Assembly (NCBI GenBank): GCA_002633005.1
Contig: NMRA01000948.1
Coordinates: 3,629-67,628, forward strand
Direction: 5' to 3'
From: Phoronis australis
Lineage: Eukaryota > Animalia > Phoronida
Length of the DNA: 64,000 nt
Each line of letters begins with the position of its first letter. Within the stretch, counting starts at the first letter, position 1. This document shows, piece after piece, positions 38,479-49,637 of the stretch. The position numbers were made by a program, and so were the translations under genes. The notes under the pieces are model-generated. The model was not told the DNA's origin. It saw only the letters and a program-made list of their open reading frames with translations, and ran no database searches.

Positions 38479-38904
38479 AGATGCTATGTCTCATTAAATT
38501 GTGAATATGCAAATGAAGTTCTAGTTTACAAACAACCCGAGGTCTTCCGGTGTGCCGGAAACCATCCAAGAACCAGTTACCATTATAATCTTGGGAAAGT
38601 CTCTGTTTGCTAGACAATTGTTTAGGTAAATGAGTATAGTTACCCTAATAAAACAAGGAACAGTTTTTATTATTTGTTCATTTCACTATCAAATAACAAT
38701 TGCGCAATATTTGGAATTACTTAGGTTTTCTTTTTGTTCACACTTGTTTTTTAAGTGTATCAGTTGTGGCGTTTTCTTTAAAACCGCGTTTTATTTGTAA
38801 ATTGTTTCTTTCCTGATTATACTTGTGCACACAGTTCTTCAGGAAGTCAAAAGGTGGTGCTTGCTACAAATTTAAATATTCAGTTTTAATGAGTCATAGC
38901 ATCT
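38479..38904 (+). mobile_element. TTAA-flanked (Kolobok-like) MITE, copy A
   Basis: TTAA|AGATGCTATGTCTCATTAAA ... TTTAATGAGTCATAGCATCT|TTAA. AG..CT termini with a TTAA TSD fit Kolobok rather than piggyBac (CC..GG). Confidence 0.8.
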
Positions 38905-39630
38905 TTAAGGTAATGGTAACACTTCTAGTACTAACTGTTATTGTTTTCTCATAGACTATGATTCATTGCTAGGTCAGTTCTCTTCTCACCAACCACTAAG
39001 AACTGATCGTAGTCTATATTAACATATTTCTGTACTTACACACCAAAGCATGACACTAGTCATGTATGTCCTTCCTCTTAACGAAGTAAGACATAGGCAC
39101 TCAAGCAACTGTCAGATAGCTCTCTATTTGTGTCAATGATGACAAAGTACATTTGCATTATGTATCTTGATGTTTGACTCATTTCGCTCTTGCGATTATA
39201 AAATTAATGCTGGGTGTCATCTTCCACAACTTTGAAGCTTCGAGTGAAATCTCGCACACTGTAGAACTCCATTGTCAACCTCTTACATATTTCATATCTT
39301 TAAAATGACTTGCTGTAGCACTTGTACAAATTTTAGCTTTTCTAATTTTTGATGAGTCCAACTCAGTTTTGTTCACAAATGGTCCTTTAACCATGGAGTA
39401 GGTCAACCACAGATCATAGAAGCCTGAACAAGTCTGGTAACAGCGTAATTAAAAAGTGGACGGAAATTGCAACATAGGCAAATATATTATGAGTTATACT
39501 AGTTGTTTGGAACTTGGAACACATTATCGATGCAGGAGTGAGTTTACGATAAAAATATGTATGCTTTCTTTAAAGGTAAAAAATAAAACTGCATTTCATA
39601 ATGCCACCCTTTTCATTCTTAACAGTGCAA

Positions 39631-40101
39631 ATGTCGAAACGAAACAGCTACAGTGTCAAGTACAAACTTGAAGTCATTGAGTGGCATTGGAACAATGGAA
39701 GCAATATCTCAGAAACAGCACGTCGTTTCAAAGTTGACAGAAAGAGAGTCAGGGAATGGCTGACGAATGAAGGCATACTCTTAATGAACAGTAAGGGTGC
39801 TACAGGTAATTTGAAACGTCTCCATCGTGGTGGCAAAGTGTGTGAGAAGTTGGATTCTGAACTCTTAGTCTACATGATTGATGAAATGGTTGGAGGAAGG
39901 ACATTGACCAACGCTGAGCTGAGAGAGAAAGGGATGGAAATAGCGAGTCGCATCAAGGGAATGGAAGGCTTTAAAGCATCCGATGGCTGGCTCAGGAGAT
40001 GGAAACGCAGAAACCATGTCGGGATATGCCATAGAACGATTGCAGCTGAAAAGCCTGCCGAAGATTATATGGTACAGGTGAAGATCGAAGAACCTTGTTG
40101 A
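39631..40101 (+). CDS. pogo/Tigger-derived DNA-binding protein (Brinker/psq-like HTH plus CENP-B/Tc5 HTH), 156 aa, no catalytic domain
   Basis: MSKRNSYSVKYKLEVIEW..NISETARRFKVDRKRVREW followed by LREKGMEIA..FKASDGWLRRWKRRN. A pyrimidine-rich acceptor (tttcattcttaacag, ending 39625) lies just before the ATG. Confidence 0.85.
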   Translation: MSKRNSYSVKYKLEVIEWHWNNGSNISETARRFKVDRKRVREWLTNEGILLMNSKGATGNLKRLHRGGKVCEKLDSELLVYMIDEMVGGRTLTNAELREKGMEIASRIKGMEGFKASDGWLRRWKRRNHVGICHRTIAAEKPAEDYMVQVKIEEPC

Positions 40102-40260
40102 AATGACTATATACGCAGCTAAAACAAAGGTAATTTGTACCGGACGATGTGTATATTTTTGACAGGGCTGCTTCCACAACTAGGAAAATCCCAGGCTCGA
40201 AATGGAAGAAGATCGCACAGACTGGTGAAAGCATCACTATGTGCTATGTGAAACTATTGA
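40102..40260 (+). pseudogene. Decayed pogo DDE transposase remnant downstream of the HTH ORF stop
   Basis: The in-frame continuation NDYIRS*NKGNLYRTMCIF and the frameshifted FDRAASTTRKIPGSKWKKIAQTG align by eye with the pogo motif GNMD(E/Q)T...FD....T....G.K...I..TG. Confidence 0.6.
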
Positions 40261-41153
40261 CAGTCAGAAGGACACGCCCTTTATTGTTTCCAAAGTTGTG
40301 CCATCAGGAAAGTGGCCTTGGATCTACCCACGACATCAAAGTGGCCACACATAGAATGGAATTGATGGCAGGAATTGTTTCATTGCTAGAAAACGAATAA
40401 CTATGACGACCTAAGACTTAAATGGTTGTCAGAGTCGCAATTGGTGGTCATTGAAGCTCTTCAGCAAAGTAGGACATGACCTGTATACCAGTGAGAAGTT
40501 AATCTGTCATCATTTGCAAGAGCAATAACAATATTCATAGTGTCGAAAACTTATCAGGCAACATCAATGGGAAATCTGAAAATGTGGCATTTTGCCAAGA
40601 TCACATGGTTACCGTCACCAGGGATTGTGTTGAAGACGTGGCATCAAGATGGGAGGGCTCGCATTTGCTCAAGGCTGCAGTGACCACCACTCAATTAACA
40701 ACAGCTTCATTGATTCCTCAGTTACACGGAAATGGAGACCACTGGGAGCTGGAAATTTGATTTTTAATAGCAATGTTGACCACATCTGTGCTCGGACAAC
40801 CGTGGCTATTTGATGTGCACAGTTTTGTTGTACATTAGTTGAAACACATATATGTTGCTTCTAACTAGATGTAAATTAAAATTTAAGTTTGTTCCATTCG
40901 CACGATCGACCATAAAATATAACAAACAATATTTTTGTCGTAGAAACAAAAAAATATTTGCCTATGAGTGCTCATCGGCCACGAAAGGTGGAAAATAAAG
41001 TATCTTAAAGTGATTATAAACTCGCTTTCGTTAAGACCAGTTTCCATTATAAAATTGGCTCTACTCAGAAGAGTAATGATTTCCCATTTCAGTTCTTCCA
41101 ACCACTAAATCAAACGCAATGTTTTGTTAGAATGTGGGTTTATAGTCTCTTAG

Positions 41154-41597
41154 AGATGCTAGGTCTTATTGAATTGTGAATATGCAAATGAAGTACTAGG
41201 TTTACAATCAACCCCGAGTCGTCCCGTGTGCCGGATAACATCTGAGAACAAGTTACCATTACCATCTCGTGAAAGTATCATTTTGCAAGACTTTTTTACG
41301 TAAGTGAGTATGGTAATATTTCAACTTTACCCTTAGCTAATGAAACAAGGCACAGTTTTTATTATTTGTTTATTTCACTATCAAATAATGAGTGCGAACT
41401 AATCGGAATTACTAGGGTTTTTATATGTTCAAACCTGTTTTTTTAAGTGTATCAGTTGTGGTGTTTTCTTTAAAACCGCATTTTATTTGTAAATTGTTCC
41501 TTTTCCTGATTATACTTCTACACAGTTGTCCTGGAAGTCACTAAGTGGCGCTTGCTACAAATTTAAATATTCACGGATTTAATGAGACATAGTGTCT
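41154..41597 (+). mobile_element. TTAA-flanked (Kolobok-like) MITE, copy B
   Basis: Colinear with 38479-38904 in the same orientation; TTAG|AGATGCTAGGTCTTATT ... AATGAGACATAGTGTCT|TTAA. Confidence 0.8.
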
Positions 41598-44093
41598 TTA
41601 ACTGCTGACCCAACCATCTCAGAAGTGATGCATGTGGATCTGAGAACAAAAACCACTTTAAGAGTGCCAAAACCATTTTAAGGGCAGCCATGATTTTATC
41701 ATATTTTGGATGGAAGATTTGCTAGAAGCGTTACGAATAAAACAACATGTGCCATCAAAGTTTAAAGTCCTTGTAGGCAAGCTTGAAAACGTTAAGAAAT
41801 GCACGACCTTGTTCAAGATTAGCCTATATTATACTAGCTTGGCCATCATTTTCCATGGAGCCGTCTGGACCTTAATCATGCTTCCACACTACCCTCGCAA
41901 AGTCACACAGTACATGTCAAAAATAATTGGACAAAATGATCCACAATTCCTTGTCATGATAACTGAACGCATGTGGAATTCCCTGTTATGGCGGCTGACC
42001 CAAGTGGAATTCACGATCAAGAAAGCTAAAAATGACCCATCATTACAGTAAATGGTGTTTTGTTTGATTACTGTTGTTGTGTACTATAAAGTCATGTTTA
42101 CTTAGAGCGGGGGAAGTCGGTTGCTTGGTGACAATAATTATGAATTGGGTTAACTCGAAATTTATTGGGTGGCACTTTAAGGGTCCTCTTTGCAGAAGCC
42201 CATGCATGATCCAAGGTCATGTGGGACTCTTGTCCCATGAATGCACGTGGTGAATCATACTTGTTAACCCACTGATTTGGCAGGACTGCCTCGGGAGGCT
42301 CACCAATTAGTATTTTAATTCTCCAGGTTCTACCACCAATTTAAGAAAACCCGCTAAATCCTGCATTTTTTCTGAACCCTTGTTTGCTGAAACAGGACCC
42401 TGAGCAGCTCCACTTGCAATCTGACTACTGGCAAATAAGTTTTTTTTTAGTAGATGCTCTTTTGACTTGCTGTTATGTGACTAACCTCAAAAGAATTTCC
42501 ATCTCATCAAGTCCCAAGTAATTTGAGATAATTTTTCTCTTGTGTATTTCCTGCTTAATGAGGTTTTCTAACACAATGCAATTGTCACAGCCACTGAGGT
42601 AAAACTGGTGCCTACTGGGGGAGCAGCTAGAATCGCTGGATTTTTATTCGACCACTCCAAATTCTATGGTTGCAGTGCATATAGTCAGCGTCCCATCCAC
42701 CAAAAGTATCCTTCAGCAGCCTGTTGGTACCCTTGCTTGTCTATTAAATTTGTCAAAAACTGCTCGAAAGATCACAACAGAGTTACATAGAGGGGCTACA
42801 CCAGGTCCAGTCAATGTTGGGCTGTATACTATTTGTCATGCAGTGGTAGGTGTATTTCAATACTTTGCCTTGCTATTATTTATTTTGAAACATTGGCAAT
42901 TACGCTGATCAACATTCTGTTCTTTATTCTTACGTTAAAGACAACCTAGTGAATATCAAGGCACACAGTATGATACTGATCTTATTCAAAACCACATACT
43001 AATGATAACGGTAAAATATCACCAATTCCATTTTTAACTTTTAAAGGCTTCTAACTTTGTGAATGCCCATTACCTTTTAACACTTTGTAAAAAACATGAG
43101 CACAACCTAGAAACTGCTTTCACATTATATCCAGGTTCTCACTCATTCTCTTGCATACATTCACTGATAAGACCGAGCTCAGAGGAGTAGGAGACACTTT
43201 GTGCAATGCTCGATTGTCAGCCAGTAAGGCTAGGATTCAAACCTAGGTATCCCAAACGAGAGTCCGGAGATGATCCACACACTCTCCTCTGTTGGCAGGT
43301 TTTGTAAGCAGGTTAAAGACTGGCTAAAGCTTTCATTGTGTGCAACTTACCTTTTAGGGAAATGCGAAAAAAAAAAGTTTCATGGTGTGTCTTAAATTGG
43401 TGACACTGAAGCAAGAAGGCAAGGTTTCCTAATGGTGACTGACTCAACAAACTTATTCAAGCTTTTAAGCATAATTTGCATTCTTTTTCAAGCTAATCAC
43501 ACTAGGCTTAGTAAGGGCTAGGAAATTAACGCTTGGGATTAAAATAGTAGTGGCTGCTCTATTAAGCTTGTTCAAAGTGATGGCAAAATTTCACCAATTT
43601 TGGGCTAAACTAATTGTCAGAATTGCTTTTGCCATTATTTCAGGGCTGCTAATATAGCTGTGAATGCCTGCAACTTCTAAAATGACTGTATCTTGGTAAT
43701 ATAATTTAACATGACAAAGCATTGCTTTCTGCTTGATATCTCTTATGAAAAAATGAGAAAGCAAAATTTCATTTACTTGTCATGTTGCGTCCTAAATTGG
43801 GGGAGATTATATGTATTATAAAGGGAAGGGTAATCAGGTTAAGAGTGATATTTGGTTAAAATAGAGATTTCTGATTATCTCAGACAAATTAATAAAGTTC
43901 TACAGGATTATTTCTAAATAATTATGCATCCTGAAAAGTGACATTCGCGGTCAAGTACATTTCCCCATCTCTGATTACTTGCACTTTGGATTTTGTTTGA
44001 CATTGAACTTGTTATTGTATTACTAATTAGTCATGTAATAATTTAGACTGTCACCTGTCATTCTGTGAGTCTTACTCAGACTCATAAATTGGT

Positions 44094-44334
44094 CAGTGTT
44101 CTCCACAACAGAAAATTCTTGAACGTTTGAACGTCCATGTGCATTCATGCTTTAAAGAGTTTGTGTGTTGTCTTGGAATAAATGCATTGAAATGGTCACA
44201 AAAGTCCAAAATGTCATACTTTTAAAGTGACTAATCTCCTTATACTCACATTGCGTTGTAAGTAAGGCAAACTCGCTACTGCAAAAGTCAAACTCTATGC
44301 AGTGACGAGTCAAAACAGGTTGTGGAGAACATTG
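44094..44334. mobile_element. hAT-like MITE
   Basis: TIRs cagtgttctccacaac / gttgtggagaacattg (15/16); no clear TSD. Confidence 0.5.
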
Positions 44335-45874
44335 GTTTCTAGTGGTTGTTGCGTACTAGAATCAGGATGCACGTACTCCTAAGGTGAGCTCTGGAAGAGT
44401 CTAGATGTTCCATTTTACCAATTTCTGCCGGAGTTAGCTCGTTCGTGTCTGGAACACAGCACTGCCCGTTCATGCCACGCCTAAAGCATTGTTAATGCCG
44501 TGTGCGCAACATAATTTTGTATCTTCGGATTACAAAAGGCATATTTACACACGCTTCATGATCGTACCTCCAAAACATGTTCTGAAGGAGGAGACCATAT
44601 CATCGGCATTTCTCTTTTCTGCTATGTCCCCACCTGCTGGGAACCCTTGTGAAACGTGAAGTGGTCGAGAGCAATGACAGCCACTGTTGTGACTCATGGC
44701 CAAGTGTACAACACCATCCTACTTCAATACAAATTCTTTGCAAAACCTTATAATAAGGGGTACAACAGAAAGCCAGAACCAATGTAGCACACAATGCTTT
44801 CAACACTACCATTTTTTAATTAACTGATTTATTGGTTGGGGCTCTAGGTGTAAAAGCCACCTCTGAACACTCGTTTACTGAACACATTTGTACAAATATG
44901 CTGTTCAAGGTCGTAAAGCATTCCTTATGCATGTTATTTTTTCAAAAAAATCTCAACCTATAGCATACCGGAGTACTGTAGTGCATTGCAAGTATCCTAC
45001 GAGTTGATCTCCAGAGCATTATCTGAGTTGATGTCCGGCGCATTAGAGCAATATGCCATTAGTAATAACCGAAAAATACTCGTAAAATAGCAATAACAAA
45101 ACTATCGATTTTCCTATCAATATCACCAACTTACGTCTTCAACCATGCAAACTGGCTTCATAATTGGTAATCAGTTAATTTTAGAACCTTGAATGTACAG
45201 TGCATGAGAATGATGAAGTGTGTTTCAGCTTTACAACCTTACGCCTTTAGTGAAATAGTCATTTGAACACAAGGGATGTACCTGCATTAAATTTTATTTA
45301 GCAATATTGCAGACAAGTGAAATTTTATTCCGTCAAATTCATTGACAAAAACAATGATTAATATACCGGGTATATTTTTTATAATTTTACTCTATTACTA
45401 TTTGTAGATGACATAAATTGATATTTGGTAAAGGTCCCACAGTTTATTGCAAAGGTTTCAATGTTTGAACATGGAAAAATTAAATTATAATTTTGGAAAT
45501 AACTTTCGTGCGAAATGAGTGGTAAATTAGTGTACGTATTTACACAGATATTTTTTCATGTTATCAATAAAAACGATGTTAAAACATAAATATTAGATGG
45601 TATCATGGTTTGCAACCAAATAGCTCGTCTGAATTCAGATAGGAAACTAAAGCATCAGGGGTTGGGCATTCAGCAGAGCCAGGCCATTTAAAAAATGTTC
45701 AAGTCAGGAAGTTTTATTTTTGCCAGTCAAGTCATGTGTAACATCCTAAAAATGAAATTGATGTAAGTATTACACAGAAACTTTGTTAGTCATAGCAAGT
45801 AGTTTATCCCGTTCAATCCGCCATCTTTTTGATCACATCACCGAACCTAATGAACATAAGTCCGAAAAGATTAC

Positions 45875-45949
45875 TGCCCCCCACCGGGACTCAAACCCAG
45901 GACCTTCTGCTAACCGTGCAGACGCTCTAGCCACTGAGCCATCGGGACC
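45875..45949 (-). pseudogene. tRNA pseudogene or tRNA-derived SINE head
   Basis: GGTCCCGA-TGGCTCAGTGGCTAGAGC-G-TCTGC-ACGGTTA-GCAGA-AGGTC-CTGGG-TTTGAGT-CCCGG-TGGGGGGCA folds as a cloverleaf, but lacks U33, has TTTGA in the T loop and has a mismatched acceptor stem. Confidence 0.7.
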
Positions 45950-46773
45950 ACAGGTCAAACACAGAAATCCAATCAGACTTAGTAGTGGGCATCTTGCCCA
46001 TGATCTCCATTGTGTGTTAGTCCTAACTTTTGTACTTTTTGGAGCCAAATTTCTTGTGGGTGGCGCTGTCAGGCTGCATGTAAAACTGAACACAAGCATG
46101 TAAAAGTGAACATTTTGAAAAATGCAAGGTGTTAAGCTGAATGCAGGCGTTTGAAACCAGAAAAGTATAATACTGTAAGTTAATGATGCTTCAAATAAAA
46201 TGATCAAAAAATGTTACTCACTGGAGTATGCTACATCTCACTTTCCTATACGAACACAACGATAGTATCAGAGTGTTCCACAGGCTGTTATAGCAGGGTG
46301 CCATACTCTCTTTAAATTTCAGCTGTCCACTCTGCGCTCTCCTTAAATTTCTCAGGTTGCCCTACTACATTTGAACACACACTCAAAATGCCAGGAAGTA
46401 AACAAACGGAAGTCGGAATTGTATGGCAAAAAATCATAACGACCAGATCGTGTTTGCATGTGGGACTACGCAAAGGATACTGGATTTAAAAGGGGGAAAC
46501 TGGTCATCAAAGAGCACAACAGATTTCTGTTAGAGTAGAAAGAAAGAAAAACCAACGACCCCGCGACCTCAGGAGATGTGGCTGACATTTACAGAGTTCG
46601 CTGGGTGTTCACTTCAGGTATCTCTATTTCAATTTCGGCTCTTGCCCAGTGGGGTTTGGCAACCTCAGATCCCGTTTGGTAACCTGAGAAATTTGCCTGG
46701 TCGCATTTGGCAAATTGGCTGTGCTAGGATGGGAGAATTACATCAGAAAGTAATGTTAGTTTCAGCAGAGGTC

Positions 46774-49637
46774 ATGAACCCCAAAGAACAAGAAGCCACC
46801 GGTACTCCTCCACAGTACAGTCAAGGACCACCCCCACAAGGAGCCTACCCACCTCAAGGAGTGCCCCCGCAAGGAGCCTACCCACCTCAAGGAGCGCCTC
46901 CGCAAGGAGCCTACCCACCTCAAGGGCCACCACCACAGACAGGATATCCACCACAGGGACAACTGCAGCCAGGATATGTTGCCCCTGTCCCAGGTAAAAC
47001 TAAGGAAGACACTATAACAATCAGCTACTACATAATTCACGTTCAATGTTAAACTTGCCAAGTGCTTCCATACCATTATGAAAGACTTTGTTTGAGTAGT
47101 TCGGCAACTGTCTTGAAAAACTATAGATTTCACATTATTAAAAGAATGTGTAAAAAGCCTGTAGTATTTGATTTTTGACTTTTACCAATCTGCCACTAAC
47201 TGGGTAAGAGTAAATTCAAAAGCGGAACATTTTCAAAACAATTTCAGAAGAAATAGCTTAAAGTATAGTTGAATCTGATATGGTGTTTTGAAGTCGTCCT
47301 ACATCTTGAGGATTTTCATAATGAACTGCAGTCACTGATTCTATTGTTGGTGTTTAGGGTATGATCCTACATAGTGCACACCAAAATAGTATGTTACCGT
47401 ACAGCATTGTGAAGTTTTCATTTAAAAAGGGTTTCGTTAAAATCGACCAAGGGGATATTTGCTATGAATGCACCTTTCCTAAAAATGAAATTTTGACTTT
47501 TTAAAACTTATCTTTATAATCTCTGATCTTTTTTCTTTCAGGAAATAACTATGTATTTTTACTGGTTGACATGGCCAGGTTTTTTGTTATAGGAGTTATA
47601 ATGAACGCCACTAAATAATGTTTCAAGTTACCTAAAGTCACTTTCATGAAAAACGCCCCTGTAGTAGTTAATATAGAAACTTAAGGTTATCTCAAACCTT
47701 ATTTAGTGACCTCCATTCTAACTCCTATCAAAAAAGGTTTTGTCAATTAGTAGAATTATGTATTTACTAAAAGAAAAAACATCAGGGATTATAAAAATAT
47801 TTTGTATCTATGTGCCATTATTATTAATAAGTTAACACCCTTTTAAGTCAATTTTTCATTTTTAAGAAAGGTACATTTATAGCAAACTAAACGGTCGATT
47901 ATAATGAAACCTTTTTTAAATGAAAACTTGTCTTCGCTTTCCCCCGGCATCTTTCTATCATATGTATACCTCTCAAAGTTACAGTGACTCAGTGAATGAA
48001 AGGGCAACAAGATACATACGGAGCTGCTCTATGGCTGGGGGTGGGAGATTTGTTTTGAGTGACAGCCCTGTAACCTTTGACTTCGCATAAGTATTAAACA
48101 AATTTCCATGCGGTTGTGCGGTTCCAAGGTGGTTCTGCTAAATCTTTTTTCTCGCTACTTATGTATTTCGTTTTCTTAAGTTCCTTGGTTACGAAGATAA
48201 CTAACAGTATTTTGCTGGAAATATGTGAAATATTGTAAAAATGACCAATTTTTGAGAATAAGGTTTGAGATATCCTTAAAGCAAAGGGTTTCATTTTCAT
48301 CACAGCTCAAACAGTCATTGTGACTCAGCCCCAGACACGGTTCTCGCAAAGCCCAATGTCTATGACCTGCATGTACTGCAACCAGACCATCGTCACGGCA
48401 ACTAACCACAAGCTTGGAAGCATGAACTGGATTGGCTGTGGAATTGTTTGTGCTGCAGGGCTTGTACTGTAAGTATGATGATAAATTGTGATAAATTGTT
48501 TGTGCTGCAGGACTTGTACTGTAAGTATGATGATAAATTGTTTGTGCTGCAGGGCTTGTACTGTAAGTATGATGATAAATTGTTTTTGCTGCAGGGCTTG
48601 TACTGTAAGTATGATGATAAATTTACAAAACAGAAGTTCTTACTCCATGCTATAACTAGATTATCCATTGAGCCAGTTTAGGGCCATACATAATTAGGGA
48701 TTTGTTTGTTAGATTTGGGAGTCAAATTAACAGGTCACCAGGCATAGACACCAAGAGAGGCTTTCAGGCAAAATTCTAAAAGAAGTGTAAGATACTGGTG
48801 GCTCAACTTCTAGGCTGGTCACCCATCTGTGTAAAAAAATGGCAGATCCTAATCAAACCTGCATGCCTGTAGATTTTCTTCAAATTGCGCTCAACCCTAG
48901 CTGAATTACCAAAGTTACATTATTATATGTACCTTTCTAGCATAGATGGACACATTTGGTGGCAGTTCTAGTTTTTAACATCTTCCAAATCAAACAAATG
49001 ATACAGGAATCAATATATGGTCATTCGTTCCGCCAACAAAATTGAAGACTGAACGCCATTTAAGGCGATGCGTTCGAGGTCAAAAGAAAACGTACCAAGG
49101 GCTATGGTGCGGTCACCCGTCAGCCAGCCACGCCAACAGGAGGCAGGACAAACGAGGGACCTGTCTACCATCTGCACTGTCCTCTCTCAGCATTGGCTCA
49201 CAGATGGACCAACCTGCATGACCTCTGTACGTCATTAAGTTGACGAGGAATATGGCTGACTGACAAGAGTTGCAAATGAAGTCTGTTTACAATCATAGTG
49301 AGAGCAGAGACAAAAAGTTTAAATGACAGAATTAGAAATATTAATTTCTAACTGGAATAAATCAAATTTGCGAAGATGAATCAATGAACTCAGTTCCATA
49401 TATGGCCTTGATCATGTGTTATGAAAAACGTTTCAGAAGAACAAAAATTTCTACCCCAAAACTAAGGATTGCACTGCAAAGGGGTTCTGGGGAATAATTT
49501 TTCACTGTTGTTTTTTCAGTCCACTCGTATGGTTAGGGTGCCAGTTCATCCCACTCTGTATTCCTGGAATGATGGATGTGGAGCACAAGTGTCCAAGCTG
49601 TGGCAAGTTTATCGGCATGTACAACAGACTGTCTTAG
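46774..49637 (+). CDS. LITAF/CDIP1-family protein 2; exons 46774-46993, 48306-48468, 49520-49637 (166 aa)
   Basis: PPQY motif and (PPQGAYPPQG)n repeats; domain SPMSMTCMYC..MNWIGCGIVCAAGLVLPLVWLGCQFIPLCIPGMMDVEHKCPSCGKFIG; intron phases 1 and 2. Confidence 0.92.
47412..47929. mobile_element. Old foldback (palindromic) element in LITAF-like 2 intron 1
   Basis: Imperfect ~230-bp inverted arms: aagttttcatttaaaaagggtttcgttaaaatcgacc vs ggtcgattataatgaaaccttttttaaatgaaaactt, and ataggagttataatg vs cattctaactcctat. Confidence 0.7.
48442..48623 (+). repeat. 42-bp tandem repeat (4 copies) spanning the exon 2 donor of LITAF-like 2
   Basis: Unit aattgtttgtgctgcagggcttgtact|gtaagtatgatgata. Confidence 0.95.

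Noticed and set aside
41710-42051. 113-aa ORF
   Set aside because: No recognisable motif or splice context.
45875-45949. Functional tRNA-Thr(GGT)
   Set aside because: Lacks U33 and TTC, the acceptor stem is mismatched, and G34 Thr anticodons are atypical in eukaryotes.
46576-46773. N-terminal extensions of the LITAF ORFs (also 57409-57630 and 28796-28831)
   Set aside because: Open intronic sequence upstream of splice acceptors; the likely starts are the ATGs just after the acceptors.
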